The notes beneath the pieces were generated by a model that saw only the letters and a program-made list of their open reading frames with translations, did not search any database and had not been told where the DNA came from. A DNA stretch of 63,715 nt, counting the filler, from Dugesia japonica (Eukaryota): the NCBI GenBank assembly GCA_001938525.1. It is 5 parts of 5 records of this genome, joined end to end, with 100 filler letters (N's around TTAATTAATTAA, not from the genome) between each part and the next. Parts side by side here need not be neighbours in the genome. Positions count along the whole stretch, not along the records: positions 43,362 to 52,776 come from MQRL01595011.1; positions 52,877 to 63,715 come from MQRL01519336.1; 3 more parts are not named here. The stretch is one strand, 5' to 3'. Within the stretch, counting starts at the first letter, position 1; each line of letters opens with the position of its first letter. Below, in pieces: positions 50,933 through 63,140 of the stretch. The position numbers and the translations under genes were made by a program.

Positions 50933-52776
50933 TACTCTCGAACCGGCTTCAGAACTGTTGTAGTATAAGTATTCTGTCTTGATTGGTCGTTCAAACTCAC
51001 TACAGGACTACCTCTTCGTCGTTTTTCTGGTTTTTCTAATTTGTTTTCTAGTTGTTTTGATTTACTCCTTCTTCTACACAAATATTTTTTATGTCCACTT
51101 TTTCCGCATAAATAACACTTTGGTTCATTTTTGCAAGTTCCAATAGTATGTCCTGTTTCTCCGCAATTATAACAATGATGTATATTTTTCATACAACGCT
51201 TTGTTGTATGGTTTATTAAATTACATTTTTCACATCGCTAAGTAAGTTTACCATTTTTCCAACAATAATCTGATTGATGGTTAATCTTACCACAATGGAT
51301 ACATCTTGGATGTCTGAACTGAGATACTCGATTACTACTAAATTGATCCAAATCTATTTGTCCATCTGGAAATACTTTTGGCATTATATCTAACCCAATA
51401 ATACATTCAACCATAATATTATCCATTATCTTCATTGCGTGCATGAATCGTCCTCGTGACGTTAGTACTAGACAATCTATTTCTCCGACGGATTCTATTG
51501 CGTCGCCAGTTATCATTATTAGTTCATCTGATGTTTTTCGTATTTTTAATTTATCTACTTCATATAACACCTTAAAATTTATTATCGAGCTACTTGCACC
51601 TGTGTCTATCATACAATCTAAGATTTGACCATTTATTGTTAATCTTTTCATTAATACTTTGTATCCTAGTGATAACAATGGGGCTAAACTTTGTGTATCA
51701 CCTTTTCTGACATCTTCTTAACTTTTTGATATAATACTAAATTTCTTCAGTCGTAACAGTGTAGTTCGATTATCTTGTTCATCTTTTTCTTTAGGAGTGA
51801 GTGGAAGTGCACATTCTTTGCTCAGATAATGATCTTTAAATGGTTTCAGTTACTTGTTTGGATAATAGACTATATTCATCATTCGCTGTTTTTCTTTTGG
51901 GTATAATCTCCATCTATCTTTCCACAACTGTTTTGGTTTCTGTATTTTACCAAGTCGGTATTGTTGTCGTTTTTCTTGTTCCGCCACTTCTTTTGATAAT
52001 TCATCATATACTCCAAATTTGTCTGTTTGATTTCTTTTTTCGTAGTAAACTCCTTGCCATTGTGATGCAGGTGGTATACCTTTTGATTGATTCATTAACC
52101 ATTGATCATATGCTGGTGTTGATGCACCTTCCATTATTTCTGGTAATTCTTCATATACTTCCTCATCAATGACCGGATTATATCCCTTTTTCTCGTGATA
52201 TGCATCGGTCCATAGTCACGCTTGTTGTACGTTTCTAGTTTGTTCTCTTACTTTTTGTTTATACTCTGGCGTTGACTCTCGAATCTTCGGTCGATTATTG
52301 TCTGATCCATCACTGTCATCGCTACTACTATATTGCCTTCTCCATGGTTTGAATACATCAAAAATATTTGTCTTCTTTTCTTTCCGTTTTCTCATATGAT
52401 TACATATTGCACGAATTTGATTGATTATCTGTTCATCAGTTCCTCAAATTTGGCTCATATATCGCAGTAATCTCCTTGTGTCATGCAAATCGTTTGAATG
52501 ACTACTTAATACTGCTGATTTTGCCCAAGCCGGAAACCATTCCATCATCATTGACCAGGATAACTTTCTTTCTTTCTTATATAAATCGAAACACGCTAGT
52601 AATTGTGTTAATATCACTTTAACTATTTGTAATATGAAAATTATTCCTAACAATCCTGCCATTGCTTGTCCAAAACCGATACATTGACACCTCATTTTCT
52701 TTATCACATTTACTGTTGCCGTCTGAAAATGATCTGGTGATAATAGTAATTCGTAGTTTGGTCTGCCGTCTGATGT
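50932..52776 (-). pseudogene. Element B ORF1: envelope-glycoprotein-like C-terminus, linker, aspartic protease 1, four CCHC knuckles (five in-frame stops, no frameshift)
   Basis: ORFs 52444-52707, 51850-52134, 51238-51678 and 50932-51192 share one frame. FGQAMAGLLGIIFILQIVKVIL; CMIDTGAS..CIIGLDIM; CIHC, CEKC, CYNC, CYLC knuckles. Confidence 0.8.
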
Positions 52777-54395
52777 NNNNNNNNNNNNNNNNNNNNNNNN
52801 NNNNNNNNNNNNNNNNNNNNTTAATTAATTAANNNNNNNNNNNNNNNNNNNNNNNNNNNNNNNNNNNNNNNNNNNNTTAACAAGAAAATTATTTAAATTA
52901 TGAAAACAAAATAATGTCCATGGGAACTAAGTAAATAATTAAAAAACTGATGTAATTATTATGTTATGTATTTGTTATTGAAGAAAACTGCATTTCGGTA
53001 TTCTTAATCAATTTTAATTGGTTTGAATTTTGGAAAATCCATTTGTTTAAATGGTTTTATCAAGTGACTGACTTTTTTTTAAATTGATTGTTTTANNNNN
53101 NNNNNNNNNNNNNNNNNNNNNNNNNNNNNNNNNNNNNNNNNNNNNNNNNNNNNNNNNNNNNNNNNNNNNNNNNNNNNNNNNNNNNNNNNNNNNNNNNNNN
53201 NNNNNNNNNNNNNNNNNNNNNNNNNNNNNNNNNNNNNNNNNNNNNNNNNNNNNNNNNNNNNNNNNNNNNNNNNNNNNNATTATAATTCATTATAATTAAT
53301 TATAAATTATTAAAATAAATAAAACATACCTGAATTCTGATAAATCACGTAAAAACAAGTAATTAGCAGAAAAAATCTCATTAGAAATGAAATTCAATTC
53401 AAATTTCTATTTAGTTATACAGAAACAATAGTAATGTTGTGTCATTGATAAGCATAACAAATATGAATAATACAAATATGGAAAACCAAAATAGTTAGAT
53501 GAATGAAAATTTGCAAAAATGATCGTTGTTTATTATTATTGTTTGAAAAATTGAATGTTTAAAGATTGACTGTTAAAAATTTGATTTTCAAATATTGAAT
53601 AAAATTTAATATTTCTCAAAATTTAAATAAACTTTCATCATATTTTTTTATAATTTTTTCAAATTATTTTCGAATTAATTTAAATTAAAAAATATCTTTT
53701 AAAGAAAGATTTCAGTTTGAAATTTCATAAATTTAAAGTCATTATTAAATCAATCTCACAAGTCTAACAAATTGAGGTAAATAAACTAGGAGAATGTTAA
53801 ATTACAACAATTCCAAGTATCATGTCGAATGTAATTTGTAATTGATTGATTCATATCTGCTTAACTGTGTGTTTTGGTAATAACTTAATTACGAGAATTG
53901 TAATCTAGTTTACAAATATAATAAATTATGCCTTAAATAAAATAGATTTTTGGAAATCCAAATATCGAATAATTGTAGGACAAACGATTTATAATAAATT
54001 TTTTTAATAATTTTATTTTTATTATTTATTATTATCTACAAATTTAATGATATTACTACATTGTATTATAATTTCATATGCTCATTAATTTGCCAAATTA
54101 AACATGTGATTTTGTAGAATTGTAATGCATGATTACATTTAGAGGTTGACAAATTAGAATACGTACTGGTCATACTAAGTTTATTCAGCCATTTTAACTA
54201 ATTTGAATTATCATAATTATTATTGACGATATCGAGGTTTGCCAAACTATGTCACGGAACAGACTACTTTAAGAGATAATAAATACAAAATCAACATGAT
54301 CAAATATATCAATTAAATTTTTATATTTAATTAAAATTAATAATATTTATAACAGTCAGATAATTAATAGGACCGTGATTCTGCCTGCTTCAAAA

Positions 54396-55460
54396 AGTAG
54401 ATGGATAGTGGTGGTCTGGGGCAAAACACTTTTAACGCCCCTCCCTAGAATTAGTGATGTAATGAAACCTAATCCCAGTGTATTTAGTTTGGGAATTTTA
54501 AAATGACTTAATATTAGGTAATTTTACGTTACTGTTTTTAAATTTTCCAATGTTTTTAGTTGGCGAGCAAAATTTATGTACGATTTCATAACTTTTGATA
54601 GTATTTTTTTTAATTTACCAAATTATTTTCAAATTTTAATATTTTTAAGAGACAATATTTTTCAAGTTTTTTAAGCAGTAATATGTTTCAAGCCTTTTGG
54701 GCGGCAAAATTTTTTGTTGGATTTTTTACGAGAATCCGGGTGAACAAACCAAATTTTTCTTCTGCTTCCATCGATTTGGTCTAATTTGGATAATTTTGGG
54801 TTATTTTTAGGTGAATTAAGTAAAAAATTCCTCGGGTTTACTTGATTCTGTTGAATATTTTGTTCTCAAATTTAATTCTTGTGTTTATCTTATTTTCCTT
54901 AGCCCCAGACAGAACTTGTCGATATGCGTAAAATTCTCTATCAAATAGAATTACTTATAATTAAATTTGAGAACAAAATACCTTTCTAAAAATAATTTCT
55001 AGCTAGAAATGATATCGAGGTCATTCTGAATCGATTAAAGTAAGAATCTCAATAAGAAATTTTTTCAAAAAATATTCGAAACATGGGATTTTCACCCGGA
55101 TTCCCATTAAAAAAATTGATTTAAAAATTTAAAAATCTGAAAATTTAAACAAAGATGATCTAATTTCACCAAATTACCACAAAAATTATAATTATTTTTA
55201 AAAAACTTGAAAATTTATACAAGTTCAACTTTCTCCATAAATATCCTTAAAAAATTCAACTAAAACTGGCCAAACCGAGGAAATTCTCACCCACATTCAT
55301 CCAAAATCACCTAAAACTGACCCGTGTGTACAAATTTAACCACTGTCAGTAATTGTTTGTAGAAAATGAGCCAAAACTGAACACAGCGAGTAAATTCCAA
55401 ACCAAGATTGACCAAAACTAACCTATGTGAGCAAATAATAAATAAATAAATAATTCGGTA
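54396..55460 (+). repeat. Repeat family X copy beginning AGTAGATGGATAGTGG
   Basis: Same 18-mer at 56186; internal similarity to 31880-31990 and 59210-59260. Confidence 0.55.
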
Positions 55461-57919
55461 AACTACAAATTTTATCATTTAATTACTAAAAAGAATATAT
55501 TATAAATAATATTATAATATAAAAAAAATGTTTGATATTAAAAACTATTAAAAAAACATGGAATTCCAAAATATTAATTAGTTCAAATTAGTTAATATCA
55601 GTTAAAATAAAAATAACTGTCATCAAATTAATACTATAATTAGTCATTTGTCACTTGAAGTGAAGAAAATTATGTGATTTATATTGTATTTACAATCAAT
55701 ATTTAGTCAATTAAAATATGTCAATTTGGATTGTAATTTTTTTTTATCGTGTAATAATTTCATTAAATAATCCACAGTTAAACTATTGTTATTAATCAAT
55801 ATTTAATTAATTTTTGCATCATTAATAAATTTAATATATAATTAAAATCTAATTTCCATGAAATATAATTTATATTTAATACATACTTGAGAATATTGAC
55901 TATTCACAGGTTGGATTTAAATAAAGAAAATTTATTTCACGATGTAACAAATGTTACAAAAACTAACACTAAATAACTTTGTGATTTAACGTTATGGATA
56001 CAGTATTATTACACAAAGATGATTGCCGAAAAGAAAGAATGTTTGTGTACGGATCTCACGATATCTAATGTTGAACGGGAACATTGTACAATGCGGAAAT
56101 AATTTTTGGCAGTTTATCATTTCTGATTGAACTTTAAGCATCATTTAATATTATGATCAGATGACAAGGTGACTGCTTTAATGTTAGTAGATGGATAGTG
56201 GTGAACTGAGCTAAATCCTCTCCATTCACGTAATTACATACAGGGGATAAGAATTTTTATACAGTTTATGAGGTAATGAGTTAATTCTTATTACGTCATA
56301 CATATATAGTTACGTCAAAATCATGGATAATATCTTATTACTTGGTTATGTCATAAATACGCATTATTTTAAAATATACGTAATTATAGGAATTTGCATA
56401 ACTATATTATTTATCACGTGTTCACTCAGACATTTTAATTGACAGAAAAGCCCATTTTCGTTTAAATTAACCAATTTTAGCAAATTTTCAAATTTTTTTA
56501 AAAATAATTTTTGTTTTTCAAACATTAAATTTTATCTAGCAATCTATTGATTATCTCTTTGGGATCACTTTTGGTAAAATGTTAATTTTTCGAGAAAATT
56601 CTTCTCAAATTTTATCGTCAGCATATTTATATCTCTTTATTTTATTCATTTTCAAGAGTTATTATCTTAAACATCGATGTGTGTGCGACTCGTCACAGGG
56701 TCGATTCTTTTAGCTAGAATATTTCTTTATGAATAATAACGTACTGCAAAACTTCACTTAATTCGACGGATTACAACAGGCAATATAGAATTTGTGTTAT
56801 GAGTTAACGTAGGTTTTCCTTTCATTGTTGTTTTATTATCTTTAGGAACACAGTACATAAATGATAGAACTGGTTCATAACATTTTACTGCTAAAAATAT
56901 AGAATTTATTCGGTTTTCATATTTTAATTTAATTTTAATTTTAATCAACTCTTTATTAAATTTATTCTCTTCAATAATAGATAGTCTTTTATGAGTGATG
57001 CTTACATAATTATTCAGATGTTCCGGGAAGAAATCCTTTTATGTCTGTTCAGGTAAAGCTACCAAATTACTTGTTTTGTCTGTTGGAGTGACGATAATTG
57101 ATTTTAAATTCTTTATTTCTTTAATATTTTTGTTCTCATTACTTTTAGATTTGATAATCTTGTTATATTTGTAGGTTTCTAAAAGTTTATATGAGTTTTT
57201 CTATATTGTTATCAATTTATGTAATAGGCTAATTGTAGGTTGGTATCATACGTCTGAATTATTATTTGTTCTTCCACTTTAATGAAAAAATTAAGGAATT
57301 ATCTGATATTTCATATTTTGTGTTTTTAAGTCTGTGTAATTGGCATTTGAGACTGTAAAACGAAGCTTCAATCATTTCAATATTGTACAAGTTAGAGGCT
57401 CCTGAATTTGCAGGAATATAGATTGGCCCTTTCTTTAATAATTCTTTTAGTCTGTCAGTAAATGTATATTCTGTTAAATTTTTTTTTTGTTAAATGTATT
57501 TTCATTTTGATTTTATCTTCTGTTTTAGTTTTCTGAGAAAAATGAGTTCTCAAATTTTCTATATGCTTCATCATCTTCTTTATTTAGAGGGAATGGTAGT
57601 GGTTTATTTTTCATCAGATAATTAAGTTCACTATAGATTCTTTTTTGAAGAAGAGTTATCCATTGAAAACTTTGAAGTTTAGATAGTTGTTCGAATAGAT
57701 GATACTGAAAAGTATTCTTGAGTTTGTTTTTAGTTCTCAAACCAAATGGTATTAATTCTCTTCATTTACACTCATTAATAAATTTGATATGATTTAGAAT
57801 TTTGTAAATTTTCATCGCATTAAATAAATGAAAAAGTCTATGGTTGATGATGCTAGCTATAAGAGTTTTATAATTACAATTATTGTGAGAATAATTGTTG
57901 GACAATTAACCATTGATAG

Positions 57920-58300
57920 TATTAGTTAAATTTAAANNNNNNNNNNNNNNNNNNNNNNNNNNNNNNNNNNNNNNNNNNNNNNNNNNNNNNNNNNNNNNNN
58001 NNNNNNNNNNNNNNNNNNNNNNNNNNNNNNNNNNNNNNNNNNNNNNNNNNNNNNNNNNNNNNNNNNNNNNNNNNNNNNNNNNNNNNNNNNNNNNNNNNNN
58101 NNNNNNNNNNNNNNNNNNNNNNNNNNNNNNNNNNNNNNNNNNNNNNNNNNNNNNNNNNNNNNNNNNNNNNNNNNNNNNNNNNNNNNNNNNNNNNNNNNNN
58201 NNNNNNNNNNNNNNNNNNNNNNNNNNNNNNNNNNATCTTAATATTAAATATAAAATTTATAAAATCTCAGACATCCGAAATTCATGAATCGATACTCACA
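57920..58300. mobile_element. Small LTR-like insertion with 5-bp TSD GATAG (mostly N)
   Basis: GATAG at 57915-57919 and 58301-58305; ends CTCACA. Removing it restores the pLTR seen at 32951-33037. Confidence 0.65.
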
Positions 58301-58367
58301 GATAGCATTTGAGATTTCATTAAAATAAAGAAAAAGCTTTGATCAAAATAAATGTATTTTTATAGAA

Positions 58368-58686
58368 ATTCAAATTTTCGACAATTGTTTTCTTCAGGAA
58401 TATGATGACCTTTTGATAGATTCAAACGATAATAGATCTTTGCTACAAAATTCTTTATATTTTAATTTAAAATAAAAGCTTCGATCAAAATTTTTTTTTT
58501 GATTTTTGATAATATTTCTATTTTTCGACTTTGACTTCGTCAGGAATTGACTTGTTTTAATTTTTAAAATGTTTAATTATTATTTCGTTTTGATATATAT
58601 ATATTAAAATAAAGAAAAAGCTTCGATCAAAATAAAATGTATTTGTAAAAACGTTCAAATTTTCAACAATAGTCTTCATCAGGAAC
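58368..58686 (-). ncRNA. Three tandem minimal hammerhead-like motifs (58368-58401, 58514-58547, 58653-58686)
   Basis: ATTC-CTGAAGA-AAACAATTGTC-GAAA-ATTT-GAAT; TTC-CTGACGA-AGTCAAAGTC-GAAA-AATA-GAA; GTTC-CTGATGA-AGACTATTGTT-GAAA-ATTT-GAAC. Confidence 0.7.
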
Positions 58687-59129
58687 ATGTTGGCTTCTTG
58701 ATATATTCGATGCAATAGATCTTTCGTTTATTTAATTATGAATTTTTATTTTTATAATTTCAATTATCGAAACTTTTTCTTTATTTTAATTTTTATTTTT
58801 AAATTAACTTTTAAAAACTTTTTATTCGATATTAATTTTTATATGTTAGGAATTTTAAATTATTTTAAGCAATTATTATAATATATTTTAAATTTTGTGT
58901 TGTTTTTGTTTATCAATTTTGAAAATTTATTTTGTTTTTTTTGTGTTTTTTTTAAATTATTTACTATATATATAATTAGTATATTATTTATGTTGCACTC
59001 AAACGGCAATATTTTTAAAAAATTTTTTTTAATCAATTAAAAAATAATTATTTAAAAATATTGCCGTTTGAGTATAACATAACTAAAATGTATATAGTAA
59101 ATAATTTTAAAAATACACGAAAAAAACAC

Positions 59130-60110
59130 CCTGTTGATGTAATGCGTTACATAATGTAATTAATCTCGTCGCGAGATTACTACGTAAAAGATCCAGTATT
59201 TTTATTTTTTATAGGATTTTTTATGGAAATTCGGGTGAACAACTCAATTTATTTAAATAATATGAAAATTTAAAAAATTTTTAATTCAAATTTTTTAAGT
59301 GAATCTGGAACCTCCGAAATTTCAAAAATTTTTGAAAAATTTTTTTGTCGAGATTTTTACATGAATCGAAGAAGAATTCGATGGAGATTATTTTTCACAA
59401 ATAAAAATTTTTCGAAAAAATTATTTTTNNNNNNNNNNNNNNNNNNNNNNNNNNNNNAGATAGAGAATTCTTTGTTGATTCCAAATATATAAACCTAAAA
59501 TCGCCAAAGTTAATACCCGATCAAATAAATAAGGTTTTGTGGTGAAAAATCTCAAATTTTGAATTTTGGTGCTCAATTTTCTCTGCGTACATAACTCGTA
59601 TCGTTTCAAATTTGGTATTATTTTACTCAAGAGGAAAAAGTGACTATGCAAAGTTAAAATATCGTCTCAGTAAAAATACTTCCTAACGAAGATATTCAGC
59701 TGTTCTCTCGGATTTGGTAATTTTTTCTAAAATTCAAAAGTATCTTAAAATTCGCCAACAAGGTATCTATTTGATAGAGAATCTTCTAAATATGTAAACC
59801 TAAAATAGATAAAAAGTTAAATAGAAAAAACATGTACTTCATTTTTGTGAGTCCGGGAGGGAATTATAAAATTTGGAAAGGGTAACTCAAATTCAATCAT
59901 CCATGTACCTATTAGATAGAGAATTTAAAGTTGAATAGGAAAAACGTAGTTAAAAATTACCAAACTGTATACATAAAACGTTTAATAGAAAAAACATGTA
60001 CTTTATTTTTGTGAGTTCGGGAGGGAATTATGAATTTTGGAAAGGGTAACTAGACTGTAATTATAAATTATTCTATCCGATAGAGAAATTCATTTTGAGT
60101 AAGAAAAACA
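59130..60110 (+). repeat. Repeat family X copy with ~165-bp internal duplication, adjacent to pPolB
   Basis: Matches 31810-32640; 59820-59945 resembles 59985-60110. Confidence 0.65.
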
Positions 60111-60269
60111 TTGTTACAAATCACTAAACTTTATAGATAAAAGGTTATAAAGAAAAAAAACACAGTGTAAAATAAATGGACAATCATAGGAATCGAACCA
60201 CCACTGATGAACTGTAAAAAGTATGCTATTGCCGCTGGACCATGCAGTAATTGAAAATATTTCAAATAT

Positions 60270-61530
60270 TATCCTTAATTTAGAAAGATCAAGAACTGTT
60301 TGACCAATGTAACTAGGTTTATTCAAACAAACCATTTCCTTATTTAGTAAGACAGCAATCAAGTCATCATCTANCTTAATAGATTTCCTAAACCCTGGTT
60401 TTGACGTATAAGTTACAAGGTTTTTAGCCGAATACCAAAGTCAAAGATTCATACAATTCTTAAGCTTTTCTACAGACTTCCCATAAAGACTATTATTCAA
60501 GAGTTTATAATGATTTTTATCGAGATCAGAATTACTTTGTGCTCTTAATTGGGTATTATCATCAATATATTTTTTAAAAATGTTATCTTGAGAAAACTTA
60601 ACAGCTCTATGAACTTTATTTACTTTGACACCCAACTGTAAGCATATTTTCAACAATCTCCAATGAACAACATAATTATTCTTAGGATAATGTGTAAGCA
60701 ACAACGTTTTCACCTTAGATCTAGGAGGACTTTGGTGTTCAACAGCAACTGGAAGATCAGATAAGTAATTATGTAATGCAGTAGGAATTTTTACATCAAC
60801 CTCAAAGGTATATCCATAAGGTAAAGAATCCAAGTCAAGAATCAAATAATCATTCAATAAGTCATCAAAACCTGAATAAATCCATTCAAAATCTTTATAA
60901 GGAAGTTTTTGGTTTAAAGCGCAACCATACAAATTATTTATATCAATATATAATAAGTCAGTGTTTTTATCAAAAAATACATAATGTTTGTTAACAAAGG
61001 TAAGATCTCCTCTAATACCATCCTCAAGAAAGTGTACATATCATTGTCAGTCAATAACTGAATTGGATCAGTTAAAGTCATCAAGGCAGAAGCCCATGAC
61101 ATGACTGGAATTCCAAAGAAATTAAACGGTTCAAGTCTATTGTGAGTTAAGTATTTTTGTTTAAATTGCTGAAAAAAATCAGCAAAAAGAAAAACATCAA
61201 ATTTTAGATAGACCATCATATTGTCAAGTAGGTTATCACATACAGTAATTTCTCACATTTCAAGAGCTTTATTGCAAGATTCATCTGTATTTCATTCATC
61301 TGCATTTCATATGTGTCCTCTAATATTTGCAAACTTGAAGCAAACTCATACGGAATGATCCCCTTTGATTTAAAAATCCTATCATCATTAAACTCAACGG
61401 AAGTTAAAGGTGTAGAATGTATAGTCCTAACAGCAGCATCAAGAGAAGAGTTAATAAACTGGTAACTATCAATGAACTTAATTACTGTATTACCTTTATG
61501 TGCAATGAGACAGAGGAATTTCTCAGTTGA
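60270..61530 (-). pseudogene. Polinton pPolB, exonuclease to polymerase part
   Basis: KFIDSYQF, KGIIPYEF, YLKFDV, NNLYGCAL..KLP, YKLLNNSLYGK, LNKPSYIGQTVLDLSK. Confidence 0.92.
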
Positions 61531-61534
61531 TTTC

Positions 61535-63140
61535 TTACTATTAGAAGATGGACAAAGGTATCATTATTGGCCGTAATAAATCTGGATAGACTTGTAAATA
61601 CAGACATTAAGAAGAATGGTGTCCAAATAGTGTCAACATGGTGCCCTAATTGTCTGAATGGATTCAGAGATAATACAGCTTTTGAAAAACATGATCCTCA
61701 ATGTAGTAAAATCCAAACAGGTACCACGTTATATAACATGCCGATCGATCCTAACTTAGAATTTACGCACTATTCAAAAACTCTAAGTTCTCCATTCGTC
61801 AAAAACGCTGATTTTGAATCAGTATTATCACCAGATAAAGATTATTATCAAAAACATTTACCTATTACAGCCGGACATTTGCTAGTTAACAATTACGATA
61901 AAGAAACAAAATATCAAGAATTTATCTGAAACGACAGTGTTTTTAAGTTTTTTAAAGAGATTGAGGAAATCAGCAAAAATAATTTATATGTATAATAGAA
62001 AAAACCAGATGAATATTGTGAGGGGTTTTGAAACGTAAGTTGAAATTTTTGTGTGATTGGTTATCATATTTTTAAAATCTTTTTTTAAAAGAGAGATTTA
62101 AATTATTGATGAAATATTTAAATAAACAAATATTTGGTTTAAGGATAAATGAAAATTATTGAAATAAATAAAATTTTTAAAGTTAGTGAAAATTTTGACG
62201 TAAAATTAAGTAAATAAATATAAAGTATTTATTTTTAATTTTAAAAAATATCACAAATTAAAACACGGGATTTTAATTTGTTTGATTAAAAAATATTGTT
62301 GGTTATAGTTTTTATATTAATAAATCGTTGTAATAAATTTGGATTCTGATGTTAATGATTCAATGAGTAGTCAAAACTCAACTAAAAAATAATTTCTCTG
62401 GATCAAGAAATTTCCTTTGCTGCTACCAAAACATGTAATTTATGTGAGAAATTATTAGTAAATCCTGTTAGAGACTACGATAATTTTACAGATGAATATA
62501 TGGATGTAGCATGCAGCAGTTGCAATCTAAGCAGAAAACTAAATATGCAATTATCTGTTGTATTACATAATTTAAGAGTATATGACTTGCACCATATTCT
62601 TAAGCATATACCCTGTCAATTCACACATTGGGACCTACGCTTCGAATCGTTACCATATGGATACACTCTATAAGTTGACAATGAGATTCCCAACGAACTT
62701 CACTATTATCTCAGTTACTTGTCTATTGCAGCCGAACATTAATGTGCTCCAGGAAGTAAAGTCAAGAAATTAATCTTGATTCATTATCCAAAGTTTAACT
62801 ACGTAGTGCAATGGAGAATACTACGAATTTACTTGCAATTAGGTGTACAAGTAACAAATGTTCACAGATTTTCACTAGACCGTATTTTCAAGCAATACAT
62901 CGATAAAAACATCAAATTAAGGGCTGAAAGTGCAAATTAATTGAATACAAGTTACTATACGCTCATGAACAATTGCTTGTACGGTGAACCATTTGTAAAT
63001 CTAAAGAAAAGAATAAACTTGAGAACCATCAGTTGTACAGTTTCTTAGGACCAAAAGTCGCATTAATCAATAATGATGACAAAAGAGTGTGGACTGACAA
63101 AAACATAAGCATATTATACGGGCATTATTCTATATCGACA
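61535..63140 (+). pseudogene. Polinton pPolB, second relic (N-terminal region plus deleted C-terminus)
   Basis: WCPNCL..H...C, ADFES, CNLC..VRD..ACSSCNL, LHNLRVYD, LMNNCLYG, DDKR..YGHY. Confidence 0.88.

Larger units (their letters stand above)
44650..52776 (-). mobile_element. Large Gypsy-type LTR retroelement B (5' end lost in spacer; 3' LTR probably within 43362-44650)
   Basis: PR-RT-RH-IN order (Ty3/Gypsy), with extra coding regions on both sides. Confidence 0.88.
56740..58735 (-). mobile_element. Penelope-like element 5' part: tandem pLTRs and RT N-terminus
   Basis: From ATG at 57815: HIKFINEC..LIPFGL, LKKGPIYIP, IIVTPTDKT, MYCVPKDNK; preceded by ~145-bp tandem units carrying hammerhead cores. 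Confidence 0.75.

Noticed and set aside
56585-56625. CTGACGA...GAAA on the minus strand
   Set aside because: An 8-nt insertion before stem II and no stem I; not a credible hammerhead.
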